NCBI GenBank assembly: GCA_030650875.1
Contig: JAUSDK010000229.1
Span: 9,357-73,356, forward strand
Reading direction: 5' to 3'
From: Polaromonas sp.
GTDB taxonomy: Bacteria; Pseudomonadota; Gammaproteobacteria; Burkholderiales; Burkholderiaceae_C
DNA length: 64,000 nt
Shown: piece after piece, positions 13,594 through 25,844 of the stretch
Position numbering within the stretch: the first letter of the stretch is position 1
How the letters are laid out: each line of letters starts with the position of its first letter
Translations under genes and position numbers: made by a program
The notes under the pieces: generated by a model
The model's input: only the letters and a program-made list of their open reading frames with translations
Database searches by the model: none
What the model was told of the DNA's origin: nothing

Positions 13594-14301
13594 ATGCTTG
13601 ACCGGGACGGCTTTCGGCCCAACGTCGGCATCATCTTGCTCAACCAGAGAAGTCAGGTATTTTGGGGCAAACGTATCCGTACCCACTCATGGCAGTTTCC
13701 GCAGGGTGGCATTGACCGGGGCGAAAATCCCGAGCAGGCCATGTTTCGCGAGTTGCATGAGGAGGTCGGATTACACCCGCAGCACGTTCAGGTGCTTGCC
13801 CGTACCCGAGACTGGTTGCGCTATGAGGTGCCTGACCGGTTCATCCGCCGCGATGCGCGCGGACATTACAAAGGCCAGAAACAAATCTGGTTCCTGCTAC
13901 AACTGGTCGGACACGACTGGGACTTGAACCTGCGCGCCACAGATCATCCAGAGTTTGATGCCTGGCGCTGGAACGACTATTGGGTGCCGCTCGATGTCGT
14001 GGTGGAGTTCAAGCGTGGCGTCTATGAAATGGCGCTCACGGAACTGTCGCGCTTCGTGCCGCGTTGTGATTTCCGGTTCGATTCCCGCCCGGATCATCGC
14101 AACCGCTACTTGCGTGCCGGCATGCACCAGCGCGATCAGCCTGTGACCCTGGCCGGCGCGGTCGGTTCTGGCCGTGCGCAGGACGCCCAACGTGTTGCCG
14201 TGCCAGGATTTGGCTTCATGTTCGAGTTGCCGCCTGGCGCGACTTTTGAGCCTGATCCACAAACCAGCTTTGGCGCTGATCCCGGGACGACGAAAACGTG
14301 A
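13594..14301 (+). CDS. rppH: RNA pyrophosphohydrolase with C-terminal extension
   Basis: [35 protein letters not shown]. Confidence 0.95.
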   Translation: MLDRDGFRPNVGIILLNQRSQVFWGKRIRTHSWQFPQGGIDRGENPEQAMFRELHEEVGLHPQHVQVLARTRDWLRYEVPDRFIRRDARGHYKGQKQIWFLLQLVGHDWDLNLRATDHPEFDAWRWNDYWVPLDVVVEFKRGVYEMALTELSRFVPRCDFRFDSRPDHRNRYLRAGMHQRDQPVTLAGAVGSGRAQDAQRVAVPGFGFMFELPPGATFEPDPQTSFGADPGTTKT

Positions 14302-14795
14302 CATCAAAACAGACCTCGGTAATTCTTGGTGCGCTTTTAATCGGCCTGACGGGAACCGTATGGGCGCAGCGGGCAGTGGACAACCCGGACTGGAAAGAAA
14401 TTGAAGTACCGCCGCCGCCTGCCTTTGATGTCAGCAAGCTGGTGACGTTTGACGTTTCCCCTAGCGCCTCTCTGGTCTATGGTGTCGATCCGGCGGCACT
14501 TCGTATTTCCCGCAGCGACGGCGTGGTGCGCTATGTGATGGTCGCAACCAGTGCCAGTGGCGCAACAAACGTCATGTACGAGGGCATACGCTGTGCCACC
14601 GCAGAATTCAAGACGTATGCACGTTATTCGCCGGATGGACAGTGGCGTGCGGTTGCCAATGCTGAGTGGCGCTCGCTTTTTAGCGGCGCCGCGTCAAGGC
14701 ATGCGCTGCAATTTGCCAAGGCCGGCGCCTGCGAAAACGCTGCGCCTCCGTCTTCGGTGCCGGAAATCATTAGCCGCCTAAAGGGCCAGAACTAA
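14298..14795 (+). CDS. CNP1-like exported protein
   Basis: Signal peptide; [19 protein letters not shown] motif; GTGA overlap with rppH. Confidence 0.8.
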   Translation: MTSKQTSVILGALLIGLTGTVWAQRAVDNPDWKEIEVPPPPAFDVSKLVTFDVSPSASLVYGVDPAALRISRSDGVVRYVMVATSASGATNVMYEGIRCATAEFKTYARYSPDGQWRAVANAEWRSLFSGAASRHALQFAKAGACENAAPPSSVPEIISRLKGQN

Positions 14796-14846
14796 GCCAT
14801 TCCAGTCGCAGTTTTTCTGGATGCAATGCACAGCATCCATGAAAAT

Positions 14847-15983
14847 TTACCGGCTGAGGACAAGATTGGTGCGGTGAACCATTTCCGGCTCGCCGGTGTA
14901 GCCCAGCAATTTTTCAAATTCCGAGGATGCCTTTCGGCAAATAAGACCGGCTTCCGCGCTTGAATAGTTGGCCAGGCCCCGCGCAATTTCTGCGCCATCC
15001 GGATCCCGGACAGCAATCACGTCGCCGCGTGAAAAATAGCCTTGCACCGCGGTCATGCCAATCGGTAGCAGGCTCTTGCCTTCGTTGCGTACCTTGCTGG
15101 CTGCGCCTGCATCCACCGTGACGGCGCCGCGCAGTTGCAGATGGTCTGCCATCCATTGCTTGCGGGCCTGCATTTTCTGAGTTTGTGCCACCAGCAGCGT
15201 CCCAATGGCTTCGCCCTGCGTCAGCCGGATCAGGACTTGCGGCTCGCGCCCCCAAGCGATGACGGTGGACGCGCCTGAGCCTGCTGCGCGCTTTGCGGCC
15301 AGAATCTTGGTGATCATGCCGCCCTTGCCAAGGCTGGAGCCTGCACCGCCCGCCATGGCTTCCAGGGCGGCATCGCCGGCCTGGGCTTCATGCACAAATT
15401 GCGCCGCAGGGTCCTTGCGCGGATCGGCCGTGTACAAGCCCTTCTGGTCGGTTAGGATGACCAGCGCATCCGCTTCGACCAGGTTGGCCACCAGGGCGCC
15501 CAAGGTATCGTTGTCGCCAAACTTGATTTCGTCGTTGACGACGGTGTCGTTTTCGTTGATGACCGGCACCACGCCCAACTGCAGCAAGGCCAGCAGCGTG
15601 GAGCGGGCATTGAGGTAGCGCTCGCGGTCTGCCAGGTCGGCGTGCGTGAGCAGCACCTGCGCACTGCCAACGCCGTTTTTGCGCAGTTGGGTTTCATACA
15701 CTTGGACCAGTCCCATCTGGCCCACGGCGGCGGCGGCCTGCAATTCATGGATGGCTTTGGGGCGGGCGGTCCAGCCCAGTCGTTTCATACCCTCGGCGAT
15801 GGCGCCGCTGCTCACCATGATGACCTCGTAGCCGTCTTTCACCAGGGCGGCCAGCTGTTCGCACCATTGACCGATGGCGACGGCATCAAGGCCGCGGCCT
15901 TCGTCAGTCACCAGGCTGGAGCCCACTTTGACCACAATGCGCTTGGCGTTGCGCAGAACAGGTGAACCTGCAAGAGCTTGCAT
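14847..15983 (-). CDS. proB: Glutamate 5-kinase with PUA domain
   Basis: VVKVGSS, INENDTV, FGDND, GGMITKI, PUA domain. Confidence 0.97.
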   Translation of the reverse strand: MQALAGSPVLRNAKRIVVKVGSSLVTDEGRGLDAVAIGQWCEQLAALVKDGYEVIMVSSGAIAEGMKRLGWTARPKAIHELQAAAAVGQMGLVQVYETQLRKNGVGSAQVLLTHADLADRERYLNARSTLLALLQLGVVPVINENDTVVNDEIKFGDNDTLGALVANLVEADALVILTDQKGLYTADPRKDPAAQFVHEAQAGDAALEAMAGGAGSSLGKGGMITKILAAKRAAGSGASTVIAWGREPQVLIRLTQGEAIGTLLVAQTQKMQARKQWMADHLQLRGAVTVDAGAASKVRNEGKSLLPIGMTAVQGYFSRGDVIAVRDPDGAEIARGLANYSSAEAGLICRKASSEFEKLLGYTGEPEMVHRTNLVLSR

Positions 15984-15991
15984 TTTTGTAC

Positions 15992-16044
15992 TTTAAGGCT
16001 TTATCCCATTGTGTACCGGCACAAGAGGCTATTGTTTTTATAGC
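15992..16044 (+). repeat. Copy of dispersed 53-bp bipartite motif (intergenic obgE/proB)
   Basis: TTTAAGGCTTTATCCC-N20-GCTATTGTTTTTATAGC. Confidence 0.75.
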
Positions 16045-16089
16045 AAGCGCCCCCTTGCGCCCGCCAGAGAGTCAGTCGAAAACCAGAAG

Positions 16090-17166
16090 TTATTGCGGCT
16101 CAGGCGGCAGTTCGACAAACCGGGGATCTATTTCTTCCTCGGGCTGCTCACTTTTCTGGACTTCCTTGACGTGCTGGTAGATCGTTTTCACGAGTTGCTC
16201 GCAGCCTTCACGTGTCAGGGCTGAAATCTCAAAAACAGGGCCTTTGAACTTGAAGCGCTTGACAAAGTCCTTGACGACAGCAGCCCGGTGATCGGCGTCG
16301 ACCATGTCGAGCTTGTTGAGCACCAGCCAGCGCGGCTTTTTGGACAGCGCATCGTCGTATTTTTTGAGTTCGCCCACAATTGCCTTGGCTTGCGCGACCG
16401 GATCCACGTTTTCATCAAAGGGCGCCAAATCCACAATGTGCAGCAAAAGCCGGGTGCGCTGCAGGTGCCGCAAAAACAAATGCCCCAAGCCTGCGCCTTC
16501 TGAAGCGCCTTCAATAAGGCCTGGCAAGTCAGCCACCACAAAACTTTGCTCCGGGCCAACCCGCACCACGCCCAGGTTGGGGTGCAAGGTGGTGAAGGGA
16601 TAGTCGGCAATACGCGGACGTGCATTGGACACGGCCGAGATGAAGGTCGACTTTCCGGCGTTGGGCATGCCGAGCAGGCCCACATCGGCCAGTACTTTCA
16701 GTTCAAGCTTCAGGCTTTTGCGGTCGCCGGGCCAGCCTGGTGTTTTGCTGCGCGGCGCACGGTTGGTGGAGCTTTTGAAGCGTAGGTTGCCAAAACCGCC
16801 GTCGCCGCCTTTGGCGATCAGAATTTGCTCGCCAGGCACCAGCAGTTCAAAAAGAACTTCGCCGGTTTCCGCATCGGTCAGGATGGTGCCGACCGGCATT
16901 TTCAGGATAACGTCGTCGCCTTTTGCGCCAAACATGTCCGAGCCCATGCCGTGCTGGCCGTTACGTGCCTCGTGGCGGCGCGAGAAACGGAAGTCCACCA
17001 GGGTGTTGAGGTTGATATCCGCGACGGCATATACGTGGCCGCCGCGTCCGCCATCCCCTCCGTTCGGGCCGCCGAACTCTTTGTATTTTTCGTGGCTGAA
17101 CGAGACGCAGCCGCTCCCGCCATCGCCTGCGGCAATGTCAATATAAGCTTCGTCAACAAATTTCAT
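16090..17166 (-). CDS. obgE: GTPase ObgE/CgtA
   Basis: Gly-rich Obg fold, [21 protein letters not shown]. Confidence 0.97.
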   Translation of the reverse strand: MKFVDEAYIDIAAGDGGSGCVSFSHEKYKEFGGPNGGDGGRGGHVYAVADINLNTLVDFRFSRRHEARNGQHGMGSDMFGAKGDDVILKMPVGTILTDAETGEVLFELLVPGEQILIAKGGDGGFGNLRFKSSTNRAPRSKTPGWPGDRKSLKLELKVLADVGLLGMPNAGKSTFISAVSNARPRIADYPFTTLHPNLGVVRVGPEQSFVVADLPGLIEGASEGAGLGHLFLRHLQRTRLLLHIVDLAPFDENVDPVAQAKAIVGELKKYDDALSKKPRWLVLNKLDMVDADHRAAVVKDFVKRFKFKGPVFEISALTREGCEQLVKTIYQHVKEVQKSEQPEEEIDPRFVELPPEPQ

Positions 17167-17217
17167 GATGGAATGGGGAGTGCGTAGGGAAGGATTACTT
17201 GGGGGCAGTTTACAAAC

Positions 17218-17243
17218 AAAAAAGCCCCGACAGGTCGGGGCTT
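17218..17243 (-). terminator. Intrinsic terminator after rpmA
   Basis: AAGCCCCGA/TCGGGGCTT stem followed by a T-run on the minus strand. Confidence 0.8.
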
Positions 17244-17265
17244 CGATGCCATCGAAGTGATCGGC

Positions 17266-17523
17266 TTACGCCGGGGTCACGTTGACGGTGTGCTTGTTCA
17301 GCGCGCCCTTGATGGCAAAGGATACCGAACCATCAACCAGTGCAAACAGCGTGTGGTCTTTGCCGATGCCGACATTGACGCCTGGATGGAACTTGGTGCC
17401 GCGCTGGCGCACGATGATGCTGCCTGCGTTGATCACTTCGCCGCCAAATTTCTTGACGCCGAGCATTTTGGGCTGTGAATCACGCCCGTTTCGCGTAGAG
17501 CCGCCGCCTTTTTTCTGTGCCAT
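17266..17523 (-). CDS. rpmA: 50S ribosomal protein L27
   Basis: [21 protein letters not shown]. Confidence 0.98.
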   Translation of the reverse strand: MAQKKGGGSTRNGRDSQPKMLGVKKFGGEVINAGSIIVRQRGTKFHPGVNVGIGKDHTLFALVDGSVSFAIKGALNKHTVNVTPA

Positions 17524-17550
17524 TTTTCGTTACTCCTGGTACTTTACTGA

Positions 17551-17862
17551 TTAACCGGCGATAGCGCCGATAAGCAGTTCAGTAAAGTTCTGCCGGTGAC
17601 CCTGGCGCTTTTGATAGTGCTTGCGACGACGCATTTTGAAAATGCGAATTTTGTCGTGCCTGCCGTGAGACACGACAGTGACCGTAACAGTTGCGCCGGA
17701 AACCAAGGGCGTACCAACCTTGATTGAACTGCCTTCGCCGACAGCCAATACCTGGTCAATAACGATCTCTTGGCCTACGTCCGCAGTGATCTGTTCTACT
17801 TTAATTTTTTCTCCAGCAGCAACTTTGTATTGTTTGCCGCCGGTTTTTATGACCGCGTACAT
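17551..17862 (-). CDS. rplU: 50S ribosomal protein L21
   Basis: [16 protein letters not shown]. Confidence 0.98.
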   Translation of the reverse strand: MYAVIKTGGKQYKVAAGEKIKVEQITADVGQEIVIDQVLAVGEGSSIKVGTPLVSGATVTVTVVSHGRHDKIRIFKMRRRKHYQKRQGHRQNFTELLIGAIAG

Positions 17863-17912
17863 GTGAGACCTCGTAAATTGAGTTCTGCGGACGGATTCCC
17901 ACAGAGCCAAGT

Positions 17913-17941
17913 ATTCTAGCATGGTGCCTCAAAACAGGCAA
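17913..17941 (-). promoter_or_regulatory. sigma70 promoter of rplU-rpmA
   Basis: TTGCCT-N17-TAGAAT on the minus strand. Confidence 0.7.
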
Positions 17942-18043
17942 GTTCCCGCCCGGCGGGCGATTTGCGGCGCCAGCCCTGGATCGGGGAGCGATGGGCGCAA
18001 GTGCTTTCTATAATCAGGCCAAACTTAACGTCTGGACTGTCTC

Positions 18044-19027
18044 TTGTCTGCCAATTCTTCAAACACCGCTGCAGCCCTTGCCCTGATTGCCGATGACATG
18101 CGCGAGGTGGACGCGGTGATTCGCCTTCGCCTGCAATCCGAAGTGGCGCTGGTCAGCCAGGTGTCGCAGTACATCATTGCCGCAGGCGGGAAACGCCTGC
18201 GGCCATCGCTCTTGCTGTTGATGTGCGGCGCGCTGGGCTACCGTGGCGCGCAACGCTTCAACCTGGCCGCTGTGGTGGAGTTTATTCACACTGCGACCTT
18301 GCTGCATGACGACGTCGTGGACGAGTCCACGCTGCGCCGCGGCCGCGCTACCGCCAACGAGAGTTTTGGCAACCCCGCCAGCGTGCTGGTGGGCGATTTC
18401 CTGCATTCACGGGCCTTTCAGATGATGGTGGATGCCGGGGATATGCGCATCATGGAAATCCTTTCCGAAGCGACCAACGTGATTGCCGAGGGCGAAGTGC
18501 AGCAACTGATGAACACGCACGACGCTTCGCTCGACGAAGCCGGCTATCTGCGCGTAATCCGTTCCAAGACGGCCAAGCTGTTTGAGGCCAGTGCCCGGCT
18601 GGCGGCCGTGCTGGCGCAGTCGTCACCGGCTGTCGAGCAGCATTGTGCCGACTACGGGCAGGCGCTGGGCACCGCATTTCAGGTCATTGACGATGTACTG
18701 GACTACGATGGCGACGTTTCGGAAATGGGCAAAAATCTGGGCGACGACCTGCGCGAAGGCAAGGCGACACTGCCCCTCATCATTGCGATGCAGCGCGGAA
18801 CGGACCAGGAGTGCGCGCTGATCCGGCAAGCGATTGAAAGCGGGGGAACCGAGCAGATGGCGCAAATCATTGCGATCGTTCACCAGACGGGCGCATTGCA
18901 GGCCACGCGGGATGCTGCCGCCGTGGAAGCGCGGCGTGCCCTGGACGCCTTGCAAGCATTGCCGCAGAACGTCTATAGCGACGCATTGACGCAACTGGCT
19001 TCCCAGTTGCTGGCAAGGCGCTCCTGA
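18044..19027 (+). CDS. ispB: Octaprenyl/polyprenyl diphosphate synthase
   Basis: [15 protein letters not shown] and DDVLD aspartate-rich motifs; divergent from rplU. Confidence 0.93.
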   Translation: MSANSSNTAAALALIADDMREVDAVIRLRLQSEVALVSQVSQYIIAAGGKRLRPSLLLLMCGALGYRGAQRFNLAAVVEFIHTATLLHDDVVDESTLRRGRATANESFGNPASVLVGDFLHSRAFQMMVDAGDMRIMEILSEATNVIAEGEVQQLMNTHDASLDEAGYLRVIRSKTAKLFEASARLAAVLAQSSPAVEQHCADYGQALGTAFQVIDDVLDYDGDVSEMGKNLGDDLREGKATLPLIIAMQRGTDQECALIRQAIESGGTEQMAQIIAIVHQTGALQATRDAAAVEARRALDALQALPQNVYSDALTQLASQLLARRS

Positions 19028-19097
19028 GGGCATTGTTCAGCGCCGGGTGAGGTGGCGTCTGGCAGGGCGCCATGCCGCCAATGCGACAATTCAGCCC

Positions 19098-20147
19098 ATG
19101 ACTTCAGCCACTACCCTCACTATCACCCGCCCCGACGACTGGCATCTGCATGTGCGCGACGGCGATGCCCTGCAAACGGTGGTGCCGCACACGGCGGCGC
19201 AGTTTGACCGGGCCATCATCATGCCCAATTTGCGCCCGCCGGTGACCACCGCTGCGCTGGCGCTGGCTTACCGCGCACGCATTCAGGCGGCCGTGCCCGA
19301 GGGCATGGCCTTTGAGCCGCTGATGACGCTGTACCTGACCGACAACCTGGCCGCCGACGAGATCAAGCGGGCCAAAGACGCCGGCGTGGTGGCGGCCAAG
19401 CTCTACCCGGCCGGCGCCACCACCAACAGCGACGCGGGCGTGACCGACCTGCGCAAGACCTACAAGACCCTGGATGCGATGCAGCGCGAAGGCTTGCTGC
19501 TGCTGGTCCACGGCGAAGTGACCTCGCCCGAGATTGACCTGTTCGACCGCGAAGCGGTGTTCATCGACACCCAGCTGATTCCGCTGCGCCGCGATTTTCC
19601 CGAACTCAAAATCGTGTTCGAGCACATCACCACCAAGGAAGCTGCGCAGTACGTGGCCGAGTCAGACCAGTTCCTGGGGGCCACGCTGACGGCCCACCAC
19701 CTGCTGTACAACCGCAATGCCATTTTTACCGGCGGCATTCGCCCGCATTACTACTGCCTGCCCGTGCTCAAGCGCGAAACGCACCGGCTCGCGCTGGTCG
19801 ACGCGGCCACGTCGGGCAATTCCCGCTTCTTTCTGGGTACCGACAGCGCGCCGCATCCGGCGCATCTGAAGGAGCACGCCACCGGCTGCGCGGGCTGCTA
19901 CACCGCCCACGCCGCCATCGAGATGTATGCCGAAGCCTTTGACGCCGCTGGCGCGCTCGACCAGCTCGAAGCCTTTGCCAGCTTCAACGGCGCTGATTTT
20001 TATGGCCTGCCGCGCAACCAGGGCAGCATCACGCTCAAGAAGGAAAGCTGGACACCGCCCGTCAGTTTTGCGTTTGGCGAGGCTGAGTTGAAGCCCTTGC
20101 GTTCGGGAGAAGCGCTGCCGTGGAAATTGCTCAATGCCAGCGAATGA
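19098..20147 (+). CDS. pyrC: Dihydroorotase
   Basis: [29 protein letters not shown]. Confidence 0.97.
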   Translation: MTSATTLTITRPDDWHLHVRDGDALQTVVPHTAAQFDRAIIMPNLRPPVTTAALALAYRARIQAAVPEGMAFEPLMTLYLTDNLAADEIKRAKDAGVVAAKLYPAGATTNSDAGVTDLRKTYKTLDAMQREGLLLLVHGEVTSPEIDLFDREAVFIDTQLIPLRRDFPELKIVFEHITTKEAAQYVAESDQFLGATLTAHHLLYNRNAIFTGGIRPHYYCLPVLKRETHRLALVDAATSGNSRFFLGTDSAPHPAHLKEHATGCAGCYTAHAAIEMYAEAFDAAGALDQLEAFASFNGADFYGLPRNQGSITLKKESWTPPVSFAFGEAELKPLRSGEALPWKLLNASE

Positions 20148-20247
20148 GGCCGTCCATGGACCGCAAACCCCTCGTAGCTTTGCGGGTTGATGCAGACAAC
20201 TCGCCGATGGTGCGCGACAAAAGACTGTCCAGACCGGCTCGGAACTG

Positions 20248-21012
20248 ATGGCTGCTGATGCACCTGCGTCGGCGTGCCTGCCGGCGCTGGAGGCCGTTGA
20301 CTGGGGCCGGCCCTGGCTGGACCGCTGGCGCGGGCCGGGCCAGCGGGTGAAGCAATCTGTTGCTGCCGGAACGTCGTTGCCCGAAGCGTTGAACCGCGAG
20401 CATGGCGCTACTGTGCGCTTTGTCCCGCAAGGCGACCTGCCGCAGGGCGAAGCCTATGAGCGCTATATTTTCAATAGCGGTAACTGCCCGACTCGTGAAG
20501 GCTTGCACGACTTCTTTAATGGTTTGTGCTGGATGCGCTTTCCGCAGACCAAGCAGCGACTGAATCAGTTGCAGGCCGCTGAAATTGCCGTGGCAGGCGT
20601 CGCTCCGCTACGTGGCCCGGTGCGCGACGCCCTGACGGTGTTTGACGAAAACGCCGCCTTTTTGCTGGCGCCGCAGCCGCTCTGGGATGCCTTGATCGCT
20701 CACGATTGGCGGCGCTTGTTTGTCGACCTGCGTCCACTTTGGAAAGAGGCTCAGCTGGTGCTGTTTGGCCATGCGCTGCTTGAAAAGCTGGTGCATCCCA
20801 GAAAACCCATCACGGCGCATGTGTATCTTGCCCAGCCGGCGATCCGCTCAATCGCAGAGCTCGATGCATGGATGGCGGATGACCTGAGCGCCGCCAGGCT
20901 CGCCAGCAAGCCTTTTTCGCCCTTGCCGGTGCTGGGTGTGCCGGGCTGGTGGCCGGAAAACGAAGATTTTTCCTTTTATGATGACGCCAAGGTTTTTCGC
21001 CCGCGCCGATGA
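20248..21012 (+). CDS. DUF3025 domain protein
   Basis: PTREGLHDFFN, RDALTVFDE, FGHALLEK, PLPVLGVPGW, FY..FRP motifs. Confidence 0.85.
   Translation: MAADAPASACLPALEAVDWGRPWLDRWRGPGQRVKQSVAAGTSLPEALNREHGATVRFVPQGDLPQGEAYERYIFNSGNCPTREGLHDFFNGLCWMRFPQTKQRLNQLQAAEIAVAGVAPLRGPVRDALTVFDENAAFLLAPQPLWDALIAHDWRRLFVDLRPLWKEAQLVLFGHALLEKLVHPRKPITAHVYLAQPAIRSIAELDAWMADDLSAARLASKPFSPLPVLGVPGWWPENEDFSFYDDAKVFRPRR
20462..20514 (-). repeat. Copy of dispersed 53-bp bipartite motif (inside DUF3025 gene)
   Basis: Reverse complement reads GAAGTCGTGCAAGCCT-N20-GCTATTGAAAATATAGC. Confidence 0.7.
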
Positions 21013-21061
21013 AACTCCATAAGGTTGTGCATGGGCCCTGGTTCAGAGTCCTTGCGGAAAT

Positions 21062-21087
21062 CTTGATTTAGACCGTAACCCCCCCAT
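21062..21087 (+). promoter_or_regulatory. sigma32 (RpoH) promoter of htpX
   Basis: CTTGAT-N14-CCCCAT upstream of a heat-shock protease. Confidence 0.7.
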
Positions 21088-21166
21088 TTCCTGCATGGAA
21101 CTGCACAATGCGGGCGTGTTGCCCCTTATGCTCCTTCTGCCTGTTTAACGATCCCCCGGAGAATCC

Positions 21167-22051
21167 ATGAAACGCATTTTTCTGTTTATCCTGACCAATA
21201 TTGCTGTCGTGGCGGTGTTGGGCATTGTTGCAAGCCTGCTGGGCGTGAACCGCTTTCTCACAGCCAATGGCCTGAACTTGCAGGCATTGCTCGGTTTTGC
21301 GCTGATCATGGGTTTTGGCGGCGCCATCATTTCGTTGCTGATCAGCAAGCCGGTGGCCAAGTGGAGTTCTGGCGTGCGTGTGATCAACGGTGCCGATGGT
21401 CCGCAAAATGCCGATGAAGCCTGGATTGTCGAGACCGTCCGCAAGCTGGCTGACAAGGCGCAGATCGGCATGCCCGAGGTCGGGATCTTTGAAGGCGCGC
21501 CCAACGCCTTTGCCACCGGCGCGTTTAAAAACTCTTCATTGGTGGCCGTGTCCACCGGCCTGCTCCAGGGCATGACCAAGGAAGAGATTGAGGCGGTGAT
21601 CAGCCATGAGGTGGCCCACATTGCCAACGGCGACATGGTCACCATGACGCTGATCCAGGGCGTGATGAACACCTTTGTGGTGTTTTTGTCGCGGGTGATC
21701 GGCTATGCGGTCGACAGCTTCTTGCGCAAGGGCGACAGCAACAACTCGGGCCCCGGCATTGGCTACTACGTCAGCACCATCGTGCTGGACATCGTGCTCG
21801 GTTTTGCCGCCGCCATCGTGGTGGCCTGGTTTTCGCGTCACCGCGAGTTCCGCGCCGATGCAGGTGCTGCGCAGTTGATGGGCCGAAAGCAGCCCATGAT
21901 CAATGCGCTGGCGCGCCTGGGCGGCATGCAGCCCGGCGAATTGCCCAAGGCCGTGGAGGCCATGGGCATAACCGGCGGCATGGGCAAGTTGTTTGCCACC
22001 CATCCTCCGATTGAAGAGCGCATCGCGGCGCTGCAGAACGTGCAGGGCTAA
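21167..22051 (+). CDS. htpX: Membrane zinc protease HtpX
   Basis: PNAFATG, HEVAH (HExxH), [13 protein letters not shown]. Confidence 0.96.
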   Translation: MKRIFLFILTNIAVVAVLGIVASLLGVNRFLTANGLNLQALLGFALIMGFGGAIISLLISKPVAKWSSGVRVINGADGPQNADEAWIVETVRKLADKAQIGMPEVGIFEGAPNAFATGAFKNSSLVAVSTGLLQGMTKEEIEAVISHEVAHIANGDMVTMTLIQGVMNTFVVFLSRVIGYAVDSFLRKGDSNNSGPGIGYYVSTIVLDIVLGFAAAIVVAWFSRHREFRADAGAAQLMGRKQPMINALARLGGMQPGELPKAVEAMGITGGMGKLFATHPPIEERIAALQNVQG

Positions 22052-22075
22052 TCGAAACACCCGCGCTTGCAGGAA

Positions 22076-22100
22076 GGCCGGCTTTTCAGCCGGCTTTTTT
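22076..22100 (+). terminator. Intrinsic terminator after htpX
   Basis: GCCGGCT-TTTC-AGCCGGC followed by a T-run. Confidence 0.85.
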
Positions 22101-22936
22101 CATGGCGCGGGGGTGCCTGCGTCTGCTGGCATTGCCTCAATCGGTAATTCCTGAACCTTTGCAGCAGCCGCAGCCTGGACTGCCTGCGCCAAGCGCGCCC
22201 GCTCCAGCGTTTCGGTCACTTCGTCCGGGTCCATGCCGTACATATCGGAAAACTCGGCAACGGTCTTGCCGCTGGCCTCAAAGGTTTTGCGCAGCGCCTC
22301 GCGCTTGGCAGCCTGCGCCCCCAACTCTGAAAATGCTTCGTCGAGCAGGGCGGTGGACACGTCATCTTGCTGGCGCACGCACAGCAGGTAGTCTTCCCGG
22401 CTCAGCCCGGACGCTTCAATTGCTTCGATCAATTGCGCGCGGGCGTACGGGCGCAAGTCCTGGTTGGAGCGCGCCTGGCGGCGCCGGAAGACCTCCATGA
22501 TGGCGTGGTGAACATGCTCTGGCGCGACGGGTTCTACGGGCTCGCCCTTGAGGTCGTGGCGCTGAAGGCCGGCCGCCACGCTTTCCAGGTAGCGGGTGGA
22601 GCGGGCGTGCAGTCCGAGCGCCACTTTCAGTTCATCGCGCTTGAACAGCTCGGGGTGCAGCGCCAGCAGGTCCTGGAACACGCCCAGTTTGAGCGGCAGG
22701 AACTGCGCGCCAAACATCTTGGGGTACAGGTCAAAAAGCTGCTGCAGCACCGGGTGCACGGCGCGGGGTGCGCGGGCCTGGTTTTGCGGTTTTGCCGGTG
22801 TCCGGCCGCGGCCGCCACGCCGGGCCTGGCGTTGGGGGGCATTTGTTACTTCAGTCGCGTCGTGCGGTGCAGCAGCTGCGGCAGTTGTCGCCGTTGTATC
22901 CGTTGCAGCAGGTGTGGGTGTGGTGTCGGTCATCAA
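22100..22936 (-). CDS. ProQ/FinO family RNA chaperone
   Basis: PLKLGVFQDL..ALGLHARSTRYL..RHDLKGEP FinO core; low-complexity termini. Confidence 0.88.
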   Translation of the reverse strand: MMTDTTPTPAATDTTATTAAAAAPHDATEVTNAPQRQARRGGRGRTPAKPQNQARAPRAVHPVLQQLFDLYPKMFGAQFLPLKLGVFQDLLALHPELFKRDELKVALGLHARSTRYLESVAAGLQRHDLKGEPVEPVAPEHVHHAIMEVFRRRQARSNQDLRPYARAQLIEAIEASGLSREDYLLCVRQQDDVSTALLDEAFSELGAQAAKREALRKTFEASGKTVAEFSDMYGMDPDEVTETLERARLAQAVQAAAAAKVQELPIEAMPADAGTPAP

Positions 22937-23078
22937 TCGGTTCTGTCAGGTTGAGGTTCGGTCGGCGCCTTGGCGTCGCTTTTAAAAAATGGTCGGCCAG
23001 GTCTCTTTGGCATTCTGGTGGCGTTTGCGGTGTTAAACCGTGAGGGCGAAGTATCCCCTATCCGTTGCTGGCGCGGTG

Positions 23079-24752
23079 TCAGACGACAGCCAGCCTTCCG
23101 CTTTCGGCGTCGGCCAGCAGGCTGCGCGCCACCGCCTCGGCCACCTTGATGCCATCGACGCCGGCCGACAGGATGCCGCCCGCGTAGCTCGCGCCTTCAC
23201 CGGCCGGATACAGGCCGCGCACATTCAGGCTCTGCATGTCCTCGCCCCGGCTCATCTTGATGGGCGACGAGGTCCGCGTTTCCACGCCGGTCAGCACCGC
23301 GTCGTGCATGTCAAAGCCCTTGATTTTTTGACCAAAGGCCGGAAAGGCTTCGCGCATGGCTTCAATCGCGTAGGCGGGCAGGGCCGATGACAGATCACCG
23401 ATGGCCACGCCTGGTTTGTAAGACGGATTGACGCTGCCCAGCCCTGTAGAGGGCCGGCCCGCCACAAAGTCGCCCACCAGTTGGCCGGGCGCTTCGTAGT
23501 TGCTGCCGCCCAGCACATAGGCATGGGATTCAAGCTGGCGCTGCAACGCGATGCCCGCCAGCGGATCGCCGGCTTCATGACCCGGATAGTCGCGCGGATC
23601 AATGCCCACCACGATGCCGGCATTGGCGTTGCGCTCGTTGCGCGAATACTGGCTCATGCCGTTGGTCACGACGCGGCCGACCTCCGATGTGGCCGCCACG
23701 ACCGTGCCGCCCGGGCACATGCAAAAGCTGTACACCGACCGGCCGTTGCTGGCGTGGTGTACCAGCTTGTATTCAGCCGCGCCCAGCGACGGGTGGCCGG
23801 CGTGACGGCCCCAGCGGGCACGGTCGATCAGGCCCTGCGGGTGCTCGACCCGAAAGCCGATGGAAAAAGGCTTGGCCTCGACATACACGCCGCGCTGATG
23901 CAGCATGGCGAAGGTGTCCCTGGAGCTGTGGCCCAGCGCCAGCACCACCTGGTCTGCGCGCAGCGCCTGCGTCTGGCCGGTGGCCTGGTCCAGCACCGTG
24001 AGGCCGCGAATGTGCTTGCCTTGCGGTCCGTCTTCAATGAGTACGTCGGTGACGCGCTGCTGAAAGCGGATTTCGCCGCCCAGCGCAATGATCTGCTCGC
24101 GCATGTTCTCCACCACCTTGACCAGCTTGAAGGTGCCGATGTGGGGGTGCGCTTCGTACAGGATGTCGGCGGGCGCGCCCGCCTTGACGAACTCGTTCAT
24201 CACCTTGCGCCCCAGATGGCGCGGATCCTTGATCTGGCTGTAGAGCTTGCCGTCTGAAAACGTGCCGGCGCCGCCTTCGCCAAACTGCACATTCGACTCT
24301 GGATTGAGCACGTTCTTGCGCCACAAACCCCAAGTGTCCTGGGTGCGCTGGCGCACGGTGGTGCCGCGCTCCAGCACTAGGGGCTTGAACCCCATTTGCG
24401 CCAGCACCAAAGCCGCAAAGATGCCGCAGGGGCCAAAGCCCACCACCACCGGGCGCAGTGGCAGGCTGGTCGGGGCGACGCCAACGGGGTAGTAGGCCAT
24501 GTCAGGTGTGGGCAGGATGTGCGGGTTGCCGGCGTGTTGATCCAGCAGCGCAGCTTCCAGCGCGGCGCTGGCGAGTTCCACATCGACGATATACACCTGC
24601 ATGATGGCCGCCTTGCGGGCGTCAAAACTGCGTTTGAAGACCGTGAAGCCCGCCAGATCGGCAGGCGTGATGAGGAGTCGGTGAAGGATCGCGTCTTGCA
24701 ACGCGTTTTCAGCGTGCTCCAGCGGGAGTTTGATTTCAGTCAGTCGCAGCAT
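23079..24752 (-). CDS. FAD/NAD(P)-dependent oxidoreductase
   Basis: VVVGFGPCG Rossmann motif, GEGGAGTFSDGKL, FCMCPGG, GEGASYAGGI. Confidence 0.88.
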   Translation of the reverse strand: MLRLTEIKLPLEHAENALQDAILHRLLITPADLAGFTVFKRSFDARKAAIMQVYIVDVELASAALEAALLDQHAGNPHILPTPDMAYYPVGVAPTSLPLRPVVVGFGPCGIFAALVLAQMGFKPLVLERGTTVRQRTQDTWGLWRKNVLNPESNVQFGEGGAGTFSDGKLYSQIKDPRHLGRKVMNEFVKAGAPADILYEAHPHIGTFKLVKVVENMREQIIALGGEIRFQQRVTDVLIEDGPQGKHIRGLTVLDQATGQTQALRADQVVLALGHSSRDTFAMLHQRGVYVEAKPFSIGFRVEHPQGLIDRARWGRHAGHPSLGAAEYKLVHHASNGRSVYSFCMCPGGTVVAATSEVGRVVTNGMSQYSRNERNANAGIVVGIDPRDYPGHEAGDPLAGIALQRQLESHAYVLGGSNYEAPGQLVGDFVAGRPSTGLGSVNPSYKPGVAIGDLSSALPAYAIEAMREAFPAFGQKIKGFDMHDAVLTGVETRTSSPIKMSRGEDMQSLNVRGLYPAGEGASYAGGILSAGVDGIKVAEAVARSLLADAESGRLAVV

Positions 24753-24863
24753 GGTCGTTCCGTTTCGTGGCTCGTGGTTATCAAGCAGAAGGCAGCGATG
24801 ATAAAACGAAACGGACCACCCGCTGCTGCCTTGCGGCGCAGCAGCGGGCAGGCGCAGGGCTGC

Positions 24864-25781
<918 letters not shown>

Positions 25782-25829
25782 GGGGGCTCCTTTTTCGTTG
25801 TTGGCAGGCAAAAGTACATTGTGGCGCAC

Positions 25830-25838
25830 TGCCATAAT
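25830..25838 (+). promoter_or_regulatory. Extended -10 promoter for rnpB
   Basis: TG-C-CATAAT a few bases upstream of the RNase P 5' end. Confidence 0.5.
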
Positions 25839-25844
25839 AGAGGG

